From Curvularia clavata (lineage: Eukaryota): a stretch of 64,000 nt of DNA. The notes below the pieces were generated by a model. It saw nothing but the letters and a program-made list of their open reading frames with translations, had not been told where the DNA came from and did not search any database. The stretch's first letter is position 1, and the number at the start of each line of letters is the position of its first letter. Positions 24,939-37,798 of the stretch are shown here, piece after piece. A program made the position numbers and the translations under genes. The stretch is from assembly GCA_023920165.1 (NCBI GenBank), contig CP089275.1:2480001-2544000 (forward strand). The letters run 5' to 3'.

Positions 24939-25917
24939 ATGGCATCCACGACTAAGACTTTTCGTCACTCTCCTTATGCTGCAATTTCTCCCTTGACAAT
25001 AGAAAACGATCAGTCTGGTCGAACGATTCTTATCATAGGTGCATCATCTGGCATTGGTCTCGCCATAGCTGAAGCTTTTGTGCAGGCCAAAGCATCTCGG
25101 GTGATTATTACAGGACGTCAGTTGGAGAGACTTGAACAAGCGGCGCAAACTCTACAACAGTCATCTCCAGCTTCAGAAGTTGTTCCGATGGTTTGCGACA
25201 TCAACGCCGAGTACGAAATTAACAACCTATGGCAACGCCTGCTTCTGGACGATATTTTTGTCAATGTACTTGTTCTTAATGCTGCAGATACGTCCAGTGG
25301 TCCTACATTACCTGTCAGAGACTTCCTGCTACAGCTCCGCACGGCCATGCAGACGAACCTCTTTTCCCACCTGGTAGCTGTCTCGAACTTCCTTCAACAG
25401 CCCAAAGATCAGCTTGCCGGAAAACCCAAATCTATCATCAACATCTCGAGTTTTGCGGCGCACGCCAACCCATCACCACTGCAGGCTGCATATAGCGTCA
25501 GTAAAGCATCTTTCGCACATACACTCCAGCTTCTTGCCGACGAGCTATCGCCTGATGAATGCCAAATCGTAAATATTCACCCAGGTGCTGTTCAAACAGA
25601 TGCTGTGAAGAATGTGCCGCAAGAAATAAAGGATGCGGTTGTGTGGGATGAAGGTAAGTTCGTTCCAGTCCTGGAGGTGTTATGCCAAGTCTAATGCATT
25701 TTATCAAGTGGGGTTACCTGCCGCATTTTCAGTGTGGGCGTCATCAGAGCAGGCTAGGTTCTTGCATGGCCGATTTGTATGGGGAAATTGGGACGTCATC
25801 GAGCTGATGCAGCGTAAAGCAGAGTTTGCGGATCCAGGGTTCCTCAAGCTTGGTCTACAGGGTACAGAATATGTTGACCGGACGACGATCTTTGAAAAGA
25901 TTCGTCTTGCTGCATAG
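24939..25917 (+). CDS. Short-chain dehydrogenase/reductase (intron ~25654-25707)
   Basis: GASSGIG, LNAA, YSVSK and HPG motifs; C-terminal 'ARFLHGRFVWGNWDV'. Confidence 0.92.
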
Positions 25918-26204
25918 TTTACAAACAGTTTATATACATATGTTAAAAGTGTCTTTCTGCTGGAGACCGCAATTAAGAGTCGTGAGAAATGGATGCCAAG
26001 ATAAACTATCTTGGAATCAGCTTGCTACGCGACTGATAAGGTGCCTCGCGAGTAGGAGTCATTTTCCCATGTCACAACTGCTTCCTCATAAGACAAGACT
26101 TGCCCTTGACTTCCATGTAAAATAAGTGCTATATACACTCTAAATCAATTCTGGGTTTATATGTACAAAGAGATGCTTATGGCACTTCAGTTGATAAGAG
26201 CACT

Positions 26205-27570
26205 CTAAGCCATCCACCGCTTTTGTGCTCCTTTCTTCCCTGAGAAAGTAGAACCGATCTCACCCCACTTGATGTTACTAAACGTAACAGTAGGGTTTTT
26301 CACCTTCTTGACAATCTCAGCAGGGAACCCCTCCGTAGCATTGCATGGACCTGAGGCACCGCTGTCAAGCCATTGCATTGCGCCACCCTCGTCCCACCAG
26401 ACACTCATGGCGAGAACCATACCACGGGAAAGGGCGTTACCCATGCCCTTATGCCCTCCAAGCTGGTTGTACATCTCGGCACCGCTCTGTGCAGAGCAGT
26501 ATGCCTGGTCCATAGTAATATTCTTAGTAGCGTTGTCTAGAACGACACCATCTTGGATGTATTTACGCACGATGGCTTGTAGCTCGCCATTCTTAGCAGG
26601 GAACTGCGTAACAACAGTGAAGGGGCGAGTAGTATCAACCTTGAGATGCAGACCGTAGTAGTTCTTGTCGCCACGGGTCTTGTATGGGTTGTCGACACAG
26701 CCGTTCTTATCGCAGAGACCTGTCTTGCCACACTCGTCGCCAGTGCAGCCAAAGATGCTGGGCTTACTGCATGTGTGCGGCGCGATAGAGGTGGACCGGC
26801 TGTTGGCTTCCCAGATATCCATTTCATTGCAGCAGACACCCTGCTTTGCAATATTTCCCTGTGGAGAGTTAGCATACTCGATGATGAAGACAGGTATTCA
26901 CATCATCAGTTGCCTGGTGCGGCTGAAAAGATTGAGAGGAGGGAGATGAAAAAGACACTGCACTTACTTCACCGTTGATCCAAGGTGTCACAAAGCACTG
27001 TGCGTCACAGTAGCCCGTACCATAGGCAGCGCCCTTAGGGTTGAGCTTAGAGCGGCCACCATCAGCCCTCATCTCACTAAGATACAGTGCACCATTCATG
27101 CCACAGGGTAAATTAGATATATCAACGTCAAAGGTCAGCTCGTTGCCGGTTAGCTTGAGCATCTCGTAGTTCTTCTCGTCCTTAGATAGGAGATACACCC
27201 TAGGGCTAGCGAAGGCACCACTAGGGTTATACATGTCTAGACGGAGGTCACTGCCCTTGGTGAAGACGCCCACTGTGGAATAGTCGGAGATACCCTCGAT
27301 GATGCAGTTCTTGGCGCAAGCCTCCTTGGTTGGGCATGCGGTGGGATCGGGACCATTACCCCAAGATCCACAACCCAGGGTTGAGTTGTTCTTCTGATAA
27401 ATAGGGTGGGCGGCTGAGTCTGTGACGATGGCAGTGTTCTGTGCCTTGCATCCACCGCGCTTGGTGCACTTCCATGTGGTGAGCTTCGGGTGCACTTCAG
27501 GAGTGGTTCCTGGGGTTTGGGCGACGGTGAAACCCAAAAGAGCTGCCGCAAGGAGTGCGTGACGTGCCAT
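26205..27570 (-). CDS. Secreted GH7 endoglucanase (Cel7B/EG I-like), no CBM, one intron
   Basis: Signal peptide; CGMNGALY, YGTGYCDAQC, catalytic EMDIWE and FSNIKWG motifs. Confidence 0.95.
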
Positions 27571-27733
27571 TGTGGGCTATTTGAGAAGAAGGCGATGATA
27601 TTGAAGGAGTATTAAGTGGCAGAGTATTCAATTGGAATTCCTGCTCTACTTATACTATTCTTCTAGACAAAGGCCTGGGACGGAATTACTTCCTGCAATG
27701 TACGCTTCTCATCTAAATCAGCCGTGGTTTCCA

Positions 27734-28357
27734 TTAGCCCAATGCCTTATCTAGACTGGCCTCGTGATATCCATCATTTCAAAATATTGTGCTAAGGACA
27801 TAGAGGCTCTTGGTGGCGCTGGGCCCCGGAGGATACGGTACGTTTATCCGGTCTAGTTTCCTATGAAGGCACGTGGTCAAAAGAGGACGTATAATTCATG
27901 CTGCACCCACGAGAACGACTCAAATCCTCTATGAGAACTCATGCTAGCCAATGATCCACTCAATGAAGGGCTTCCAATGTCGATTTGGTGAGGCTCGATA
28001 GTTTAATGTAGTACTACGACGGTGAACAGTGACTGATAGAATCACCGGTTAAAAAACATGACAACCGTGCGGGACGCCACCGCCGTCGACTAGACCAAGA
28101 CGCATTAATTTCCGTCTTCTCCATGGTGGAGTAGCGAGCAGAGATCTCGGCCCCAGCTCCTGGGGCTTGTCACTAGCTGTAGAGAGCACGATTCCGGTCC
28201 GAGGTACGCTCAAGGTCAGGTCCAGAGCCCGCATCCACGGCCCGCCATTGCAGGCTAACGCCTCTTTCTCTAGACCGGTTTCAGTCGAAGCGAGGTAGAG
28301 CGCCCACTTTGCAGGAAACACATCGGAAAGCCGAAGTACTATTTCCGGAGTTTAGCC
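27734..28357. promoter_or_regulatory. Three GGCTAA (XlnR/Xyr1-type) sites upstream of the GH7 gene
   Basis: Sites at 27734 (-), 28253 (+) and 28352 (-). The motif is short, so this may be chance. Confidence 0.35.
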
Positions 28358-28581
28358 GGCTTGGTTATTCGGCCTTATCTTTTTGTACGCACTTTAAGCA
28401 TTTTAAACAAAACTCTTTGGGAATACTTCTTGAGTCGGTCGAAGACCCCTTTCCATACCTCTCTTTTGATCTATAGAATTCGCTCCAATCTGCCAAAATT
28501 TAACTCGCAATCGACTAAACGTAACACTCGATCTTGACTCTATACTCTAAAGCAAGATGCAAGCTCAAGGCATCACTGGGA

Positions 28582-31500
28582 CTACCACGCAATGCGTGCG
28601 ATAGGCCCATTTGGACATGTTCTAACTATCAACTTCCTCATCTCATCCATGACAAGAATGCCCAGCGCTAAGGGGATAGGAAGAACCCAGAACTCTATTG
28701 GTACTGCAGCAGTACCAAACAGGTTTTGTATTCCTTTCACTTCTGTAACGAAGATGGCGATACACAAGCTGATGATGACACTAAGAATCAGCCAGGGATT
28801 TCGGCGTGCTTTGCGTATCGGATCAGCTTGCAGAATACTAAGGCGTTTGTTGCGGATGGATAGGATGTTGCCCCACTGAAGAATGACAAGAGTGACGAAG
28901 TATACGCTTTGACCGACGGTGTTGAAGTAGGTGAGCTCCGCCTGGCTGTGTCCGTAGAAACCATCTGTATACTTTTCAAATGCGAAGAACAGCGCTGATG
29001 CAGGTATCTTGGCATGGCGCCACATGTAAAGGAAGAACATGGAGTGGGCACAGACGGTTTCCATGACTCCAATGAAGAGATATGACTGGGTGTAAATCTT
29101 GAGGTTGATCAGATGGTCACGCTTTGTATCTCTCGGGGGAAGTGAGAGCAAATCAAACTCCTCGTGCTCCATGATGAGAGCAAGGGAGCAGAACAGGTCC
29201 GTGAAAACACAGATAATGATCATCAGGAAAGAGCTCAAGGGCAGAGGGACACCAAAGAAGACATTTAAGAGGACCGGCCATATCTCGGACCATGACCCGG
29301 CAGGGAGGAGATAACTGCAGCGATCAGTTAGAAATTCATTCCTCCATTAAGAGTGTGCACTTACCCGATGACCTTCTGCAAGTTTTGGAATACGAGCCGT
29401 CCCAATCGGATGCCGTCAATAATGGACGAAAACTTATCCAGTAGGACAAGATCCGAAGCTTCTAGAGCAACATCGGAACCGGTCACGATAGCGATGCCAA
29501 CGTCGCTGGCACGAAGGGCCGGTGCATCATTGACACCATCGCCGGTTACGGCTACCACATTTTGGCGCGCTTTGAGCTCGTTCACAATACGAAGTTTCTG
29601 TTCAGGAGTCGTACGCCCAAAAACAATCTCTTCATATTGGCACACCATATCCCAACCCGCTTCAGTTAGCTGGCCAAGCTGTGTGCCCTCCAGAAGCAGA
29701 GATCTGTTGCTTGAACACGTAGATCCAGTATCTTTCGCTAACGTATCTTCAGCTTCCGTGTTCCTCAAGATGTCTTTAATCGTGTCCGGGTCCCTATCAC
29801 TAGAGAAGATACCAATGCGCCGGGCAATTGCGGCACCCGTGAGACCAAAGTCGCCGGTAACCATGAAGAATCTTATACCAGCCCGACGACATGTTGCGAC
29901 GGTCTCAGCTGACTCTGGTCGAGGGGGATCGAGTATTCCAAGAAGGCCAATAATAGTGAGGTCCGTCAAAGCCCGCTCAGCAATCTCGTCTGAGAAAGCA
30001 TTGGAGCGCAGGGATGCGGCTGCCTTGTATCGTCGCTGACAAAGCATAATGACACGTTCTGCATTGTGTGATAGCTTTTCTTGCGCCTGCGACAATAGGT
30101 GCTGAGCTGAGCTGTCCATTGGTTTAACCTTATTTTCATGGAATGAGAACCACGAAGTACACTTTGGTAGCAGTACGTCAGGAGCGCCTTTGACGAATAC
30201 CAGGAATTCTGGCGAGTCAAGCTTCTCAGACTCCTCCCCGTCATGATGTAGGGAGAGCATCCATTTGTTTTTTGAATTGAATGGAATCGCAAAAGCTCGA
30301 GGAAAGCCATCCTGAACAGAACGTCCTGGTCTAGCATTTTCTGCAAAACGCAGCACAGCTCCGTCAGTAGCATTGCCTTGGATAGCACGCTCACTTACGG
30401 GTAGCTGGGTAGTTGTGGGATCAAACATGGCGTCGTTGCACAGTATGGCAGCCTTGTGTAGTTCCTGCAAAGCCTGTGGACAGTGATCGGAGGCTAGCCG
30501 AGGCATGAGTTCATCTGCGGGCTTCAGCTCATCGAGGAACCCGACCGAAGTAACAGTCATCTTGTTCTCTGTCAGTGTACCGGTCTTGTCGGAGCAAATG
30601 ACGTTGACACATCCGAGAGTTTCGACAGTAGACAGTCCTTTGGGCAGGACGCTAGCACTTTTCATACGCCGAGCGACCATCATGAGCGTCAGGGCTACGC
30701 CGATAGGCATACCCTCGGGGATGAATGCCACCACGCAGCCCATGATGTTATTCAAAATGGCAATAACCGGCATGAAGCCCTTGTGCTCAACTCGCAACCA
30801 CCCAACCCATACGAATAACAGTCTACACAGGTAACATTAGCCTTTTTCGACAAACCAACTGTTGGCGAAACTTACAACAGTGCTAGAAATATCGTTAGAC
30901 ACACGACGATGCGAACAAACCGACTAATCTCCCGCTGGATGAGGGTGGGTTCGTCGGCGACTCCAGAAGTTGCCTGAGCAATACGACCCATGACAGAGTT
31001 TTTTCCAGTCAATACAACGATACCAACAGCACTGCCATTGACAACCATGGTTCCCATGAATGCGATGTTGCGCGACTCGAGAAAATTTTGGTCCGTTGAG
31101 ACAAGGGCGCCCTCGATTTCATCAGCCTCGCCAGTTATCATTGAACGGTCGAAACGTATGTCACCTGAAGAGGATAACAGACGAATATCGGCAGGCACTT
31201 TGTTGCCAATAGAGATGCGAACGATATCGCCAACGACGAGATCGGAGGAAGGAATCTTGACGAACGAGCCGTCGCGGAGGGCCAATGCGTCAGAGGGAAG
31301 TAGGTCTAGGATGGACTTCATGGTCCGTTTGGTGGACCAGTCTTGAAAAGCAGAGAAGCAGGCCTGTAAGATGATGACGATGAGTACCAATATGGCCAGA
31401 CCCAGGTTGTACGCAGCAGGGTTAGGGTCTCCTAGAGGCCTCCAACAGATGAAGAAGATGATAACTCCGATCCACAGGACTGAGCAGAAGCCTCCGAAGA

Positions 31501-32014
31501 CGTACCAGAAAAGCTTCCGCCATACATGCTCGGGCTGGCTAGGAATTGCATTCCTGCCATCGCGTTGAAGACGTGTTGCAGCTGCCTCGTTGCTGAGACC
31601 CTGCTCCTGGAAAACATTGAATTGGTTGCAGATGCTCTGCACACTCAGTATATGGTAGTCAAGCTGCTGGAAGTAGTCTTGGTTCTCGTTGTGGGTGTTT
31701 TTGGTGTCTTTCAAGGGCGGATCTCTTGCTTTGGCCTGAGTCTCGGTGACTTGAATAGAGAGCGTGCGAAACTCGATAGGGATGCCAGATACGGACTGGG
31801 TACGACTTCGAACGCTCGAGATTGAATTTCTGCTGTGGCTCCGTGAGTGGCGGCGAGCGGCTGCATCGGCACCATGTGAACGACCTCTCTCACCATTTTG
31901 AAGATCGTTCCAAACGATGTGAGGTGCTTTTGTTTGTTTTTCGGCATCGTTGATAGTTGTGGCAGCTCTAGCCTCGTCGTGCTCATCAGTAGAGTTGTTG
32001 TTGTCAGACCCCAT
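28582..32014 (-). CDS. P-type ATPase, type IIC (Na+/K+ or H+/K+ alpha-like), 2 introns
   Basis: CSDKTGTLT phosphorylation site; FIPEGMP, KGAPD, MVTGD and TGDGVND motifs; multiple TM helices. Confidence 0.9.
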
Positions 32015-34077
32015 GGTCAAGGATGCGCTGGGGATGTAGTTAGTGGTACACGTCGACAGTACACGCCAGACAAGAGACAATTCTGAGTGAAATTAAGTAA
32101 TGAACGATCAGTGTAGGTTTGGGGTAACGCCTTATGATGGTCACACAGTTGGTACACGCGCACTTGGACGGCAAATATCAAGACCCAACTGATTAAGCTC
32201 GCGGGCCAGGCATATGACAAGCGTGGAAAAAAAAAGCTTGATGTTAGCAAATCGTTTCGTAATGTCAATCGAAAGCCATTCGGAGTTGTGTTGGATACAA
32301 CGTGTGGTCCAAGTCTCCCGCAGCTAGCCTGTGTCTTGTCCTACCAGACGAGGGGGTAGAAAAATGCCGCATAATACGCCGCTGAACACCGCGGCCCCTC
32401 TGCCAAAAGGATGCAAACGACGCCAAATTCATTTCCAAAACCGGGATTTTGCCGGCCTAGAGGCATTCAAAGCTCAGCTGGCGAGGATTCTCGTACGTAA
32501 CGTGAGGGATATATCGCTCACCAACCACGTGCACGGTGTAACGTGATAGAAGAAGGAGCGACACAGAGAGTAGATATGCCGACCCGCGATCGCATTAGAC
32601 ACCAAGAAGAGAGTTTCCGAGACTGATTGCTTTAAAAAAAAAAGAAATGAGGTCAAAGACTTGGTGCGAACTATCCTTTGGCGAGTTGCTGGTAAATGGC
32701 TCAGGCTAGGTTACGTGTTGCCGTCTATTTCCAGAATACTCTAGGCCTGGCTGACTTGGAGGCGACCGGCACAAAGGGTCTTTTATGGAGTCTTGACATG
32801 TATCTGAGTGTGTTGTGTATCTTCTCCTTCCAAGCCTTGGTAGTTGAACAAGCATTCTTGTTCTTGTTGTGATAGGCTGGATGCCATTTTTAGGTACCCG
32901 CATAGGTTTTTAGTGCGTGACGCGAAACCTAGACAGTGCTAGCTCCTCCGCAACGCTAGCTCTGCACGTGGAAAAGAAGCACTGTATCTTGTTCGCCGTA
33001 ATGATATAATGTATGAACATGGACAAAGAGGGGAGAACTAATACAGTCACGAATAGAACCTAGCGAGAGCGGTGGCTGCTGCAGAAAGACGATTGGATAC
33101 AGATTAGTCTCGTGGCTGCAACAGACGCGTGGCCCTCCCGAGCGAACGCTCATGTAGAGGGTTTCCCAGTAGACGCAGTATTTGGTGAGGTTGTGAATTT
33201 TGTATCAGAAATAGGCCGCAAATGGTTGAACATAGGGTGAGAGCCGAAAAGTGGCACAAGGTGGTAGGCGTGTCGCATATTTGCTTCAGCGAACACGCAC
33301 ACGAAACATGGTCCTTGAATATGAATCGAGATGTGCGCAACCGCATTACCTTTGCTGCCGTAGCGACAGTGGGATAGAGGTACGTTGCTGTTGTTGCTCT
33401 TGACATAAGGATGCAAATGGTGTGGCGCATAGGCGCTCAGCGGGCAGGCCTTGGCGTTGGCCGTGATCGAGGGCGGATCCGTGGCCATCTAAATCCAGCT
33501 GCCTTGTCGCCTCAGGTCATCAGTATTCCCTGTGTCGATCGCTTTGCTTCGCACGCGTCTGTTTGGAGAATCAAAACACTTCGCCAACCACATTCCACAG
33601 TGGAATCGGAAAATCACGTATTGAGAGCTGGACTTCCCCGCCACCCATCATGACAACCACTAAGGAGAAAAGTCCCTCTTCGGCACTGTTCGTGAACACC
33701 ATGTGCGCGTGTCCTCATCAGACGCGATGCGTTGCGCTTAGTCACGACCGCCGTCAGACCGGTAGTCCAAGGTTCCGTCGTCTGCGCTGCGTTTCGAGTG
33801 TCGTTGTAAAGTTTCGCTTGACCTCCGAAACAACCGCACGTTTGGAGAGTAGATCTTGTCACCAAAAAAGCACCAACGAGTGTGCCCCGCAGTCTCGAGT
33901 CGTGTACAAATTGCCATGGAGCAAGGATCAAGTATACTATGTTTGGTTGCAAAAACACATTTCAAGGACCTCCTAGGCCAACCACTGTTCGTGGCTGCAT
34001 ACACATGTCGAAACGTTCGCCCGCCCAGACGCGTCTCTTGTTCCCTGGCCTTGTGCTGTTATATACATCGGAAAAGT

Positions 34078-35324
34078 ATGATCCGATTCAGGCCTGGCAC
34101 CCGAGATACTTTCCATTTCATTGTCTCTTTGTTCCTCACCATTGTACTGTTTCTATGCATGGCCATGGCTACAGTTAGCAGACACGATGATAGATTACCG
34201 GTCCTGGCACGACGTCGTAGGAGCAAACCAATGAACACGGCCCGGCAGCAGCAAGAGACGAACAACGACGTGAATTGCATCCCACAAAGACATGTTCAAA
34301 CACAGCCAACACCTTCGTCACGCCTCTCCGGCCCCTCGTTGGTGGGGGAACGAGCATACACACCATGCACCGAAGCGCAATCACCGCCGAGCACAAAGTC
34401 GTATGGGAAACCACTGACAACTACTGATGGCGAGAGAGGTGCGAAAACTCTCCCGGGGGTCAACCAGGCCGATCCTGGCAAGATATCCAATCCTATGCCA
34501 GGAAAGAATCAACCCCAGCCGTCGATTGATGCTGCGGCAGCCGCGTTACTTTTCCAACATGGCCAGACCTCGACGATATGCAAGACTGTGACAACGTATT
34601 TGACAATGACAAAGACGCGCGCAGACCCAGCATTAACTACATCTGGCTTTGGAATCAACGCTGGTTTTTCGTGGCCTACACCAACTACCTCCCGTAGTTT
34701 CCCTGCACTGTCCACAATTCCAAGCCAAGCGCCAATACCCTCGTTCAGTACCTTTGTTCTCTTTTCGCGCTCCGAGGACATTAAGGAGCAAGTGACGACA
34801 ACCATGTCGTCTTCTCAAAGCGTCAACACACTGTTCGACTCAACCACCTTGTCGACACAAACAGCCGTGCCTGTGCCTTCAACTCGACCCACGCCTTCCA
34901 ACATTGCTAGTTCTGCGGTTGGTGGTTCAAGCACAGGACTAAGTCCACTGTCAAGATCTTTGTTCGTTCTCTTTGGTGTGCTAGGTAGGCAATACTGGCG
35001 TCCCTATCATGATTTTTTTCTGTTCAGAGACGTACTGACAAACGCAAAGGAGCCATCACCATGTTAATCGCAGTAGCTGTATTCTACATGGCAAGAAGAA
35101 ACAGAAAGCGACAAGAACAAGCAGATCGCTATATAGAAGATGTTCCTTTTCAGAGCAGCAAAGGTGCCTACGATTACGGAAGCAAACCGCGCATGTCAGC
35201 GGACACGATGCACGGCCTTCCGCCATTCCTAACCGAAAGCGAGCGGAATATCGTACGTCGAGCGGCTACGCAAGATGGACAACCAGAAGTAAGCCGACTT
35301 GCACACTTTAAGTTCCAACAGTGA
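34078..35324 (+). CDS. Hypothetical Ser/Thr-rich single-pass membrane protein (gene model uncertain)
   Basis: Long ORF; S/T/P-rich region; TM segment spanning intron ~34985-35050 followed by basic RRNRKR. Confidence 0.55.
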
Positions 35325-36321
35325 CTGACTGGAGGTTTTTCTTTTAGGTTCCTATCACGGCTCCCGGTGCACGCCTTCATGATGCGATTAATTCTTTCAT
35401 TGCTAAATCCCGGCGCTTGACATACAAAATATCTCCTTGAAGGAGACCAATGATAATCAGCATAATAAGCAGTGGGACTCGACGCCATTAGTCATAGGCG
35501 CAGCCCTAACTCATGTTACTTCTCCTGCACGCACTTTCTAGCGCTTTGTAAATACGTATTAATTCAGATTGAACATACATGTGCCTGGTGCGATGTGTCG
35601 AGGTGAAGGATGGACGAACGAGGCTGCGGTCTCACGGAAAGTGGCACCAAGACGTACAGGTAGAGGGAATGTCGTAGCTTTGACACAAGCATCGCTGGCG
35701 ATAACCTGGGAATGCAGAGAAACTTGTCACAATCAATAGTCAGTTGCTTAGAACCCATGGTGTTTGCTTTGGCTTCTTGGGTTCATCTCGGCCGCCCCCA
35801 CCCTTGGCCAGCAGGGCAGGCCCATGGCGTTTCCAAACTACCACAAACAGTAAGAGTTGGCAAAGCGCAGCGTGGGATCCGTCGAACGCAGCACTAATTG
35901 CCACTAAGCCATGTCTGCCAGACTAGCTACTAATAGACTCTGAGGCTACGCCGCAAGCTAAATTAGAAGCCGTTGTGTTGGTGCAAAAGGCAAAACGGGG
36001 GGGCTAGAAGGTGTTGGCTGTTTCTGATTGCGCGCGGTGGGGCGTGCGCGGGTGAGCCAGGTTGGGGGCGTCGCGGCTAGGTATGGGGCGTGGATGGGAG
36101 TGTAAGCCGGCTTGGCGCGTGGGCTGAGTTGGCGGAGCATGATTAGGATGGTTGCAACACATGGTTGGCGTTGAGCAGGACAAGGTTGAAGAATCTACTT
36201 TATTTACGATGAATGTTTGTGTAGTCGTTGGGGCGTCGATATACCTGATTTCGTTTTGCATACGATGCTGTACTGGGAGGCACCCTGCCCATCTCATAGC
36301 AATATCGGGATAAAGTCCGTC

Positions 36322-37526
36322 TCACCTTCTTGCCATGCTGGGCCTATAAACATGCAGATATACAAATTCCTCTCCGATCTCGACGTCACCGGGAAGTGGA
36401 AAGTCGAGTTTGGCAGTCTCGACGAAACCAGCATCCCTCATGAGTCGGAAGAAGACTTGCTCACTGGAATGTCGCAATTTCATGGCAATGGCAACGACCA
36501 TGTCCGGGTTTGGATTGGCTAGGCGAGATAAGGTATTTACCAGTGCTGGGCTGTGGCACCGTGACAGTCAGAGATGTGTGTTGCAGGAGTCTATGCGGCA
36601 GCAACGCGCAATGGAGATGTCATACCTGCTGTCTGAGTTATATGTACAATCAGCGGCGATGACGAGACTGATGGGAGATGGTGCTGTGTGTACTTGGTCA
36701 GGCAGTTCTGCATCCCAGTCAAGTTGGAGAAACCTGAGAGAAGCGCCTGGTGCTGTGGATGATTGATCAATATTGCGCTGAACGATTTCTCTGGCTTCAG
36801 GAAGATCGGTCAAAAGTACAGTGGCATTGGGTATGGTCTGGGCGAGCGCAATGCCGACAATGCCGCAGCCGGTTCCTAGTTCGAGAATCGTCATAGAAGA
36901 GTCTGGATTGAAAGGCGATAGAGCCTTGGACAATGGAGTGTTGGGATGAGCCAAGTCTGGTATTTTGCAGGAGAGTGTGATACCAGCGTCCCTAGGATTC
37001 AACTCAGTACAGAAGTCTAAGAGCTAAGAGGAAATCAAATGTACCAGAGATGCCTTGCAATGCTCTCGCCAGTCTCTTCCCAAATGCAAAGAGTAGAGCC
37101 ATCTGGCAGTTTGAAACGTCTTTCGGCCAGCTTGGGAGCCTCTTGGTTCAAGGTGAAGGCTGGACTCGAGGCGGATACTACACCTCGGGCATCCTCTTCA
37201 GCGAGGGCAGAGTAGTCGTCATAGGCATTTTTCGGCTCGATGCCGATTCTCAGGCGTAGTGGGGAAGATGAAAAGACATGACTTTTGGGCAGGGGAATGA
37301 CTATAGGCAGACTTCGCATGCCGCTTGTCCATTGCACCGTGGTCCAGACTAGGACCTGTTCCTCGACAGGGGTGCAGCGTAGCAGCTGGGCGGAGAGTTG
37401 CACGTCATGGGGCAGAAAGGATTCGCCCAGGTCGGAAGTGATTGTAATGAGGCAGGCGACGTGTGGTTTCTGTGCGTTCTTTGTGGCGACTATGCGTGGG
37501 GTTTTGAGGAAGCGAATGTATCGCAT
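36322..37526 (-). CDS. Protein lysine methyltransferase (Methyltransf_16/METTL21-like), 2 introns
   Basis: ESIARHLWDAG, LELGTGCG, LTDL, LDW and AADCTYN motifs. Confidence 0.88.
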
Positions 37527-37798
37527 GGTGCATAGAGTACCTGGGAGGGAGAAGAGGTAGTAGGGCAGGACAGGGCAGGGCAGGCACGTCAGTCTTGCCC
37601 TTCCCGGATCCCAGCTAAGCGCTCGCTGCACTCATCTCTCAACACCAACATCCAACACCGCCGCCATCGTCGTCACCCCACCTCAGCCTGCCCGTGGGTG
37701 CAACCAACACTGCCTGGACATACTCCAGGCTGTGAATGCGCCGTCGCCGTCGCCGTCGCCGTCACCTCGCCTTTGTCCGCATCATCATCGTCATCGCC

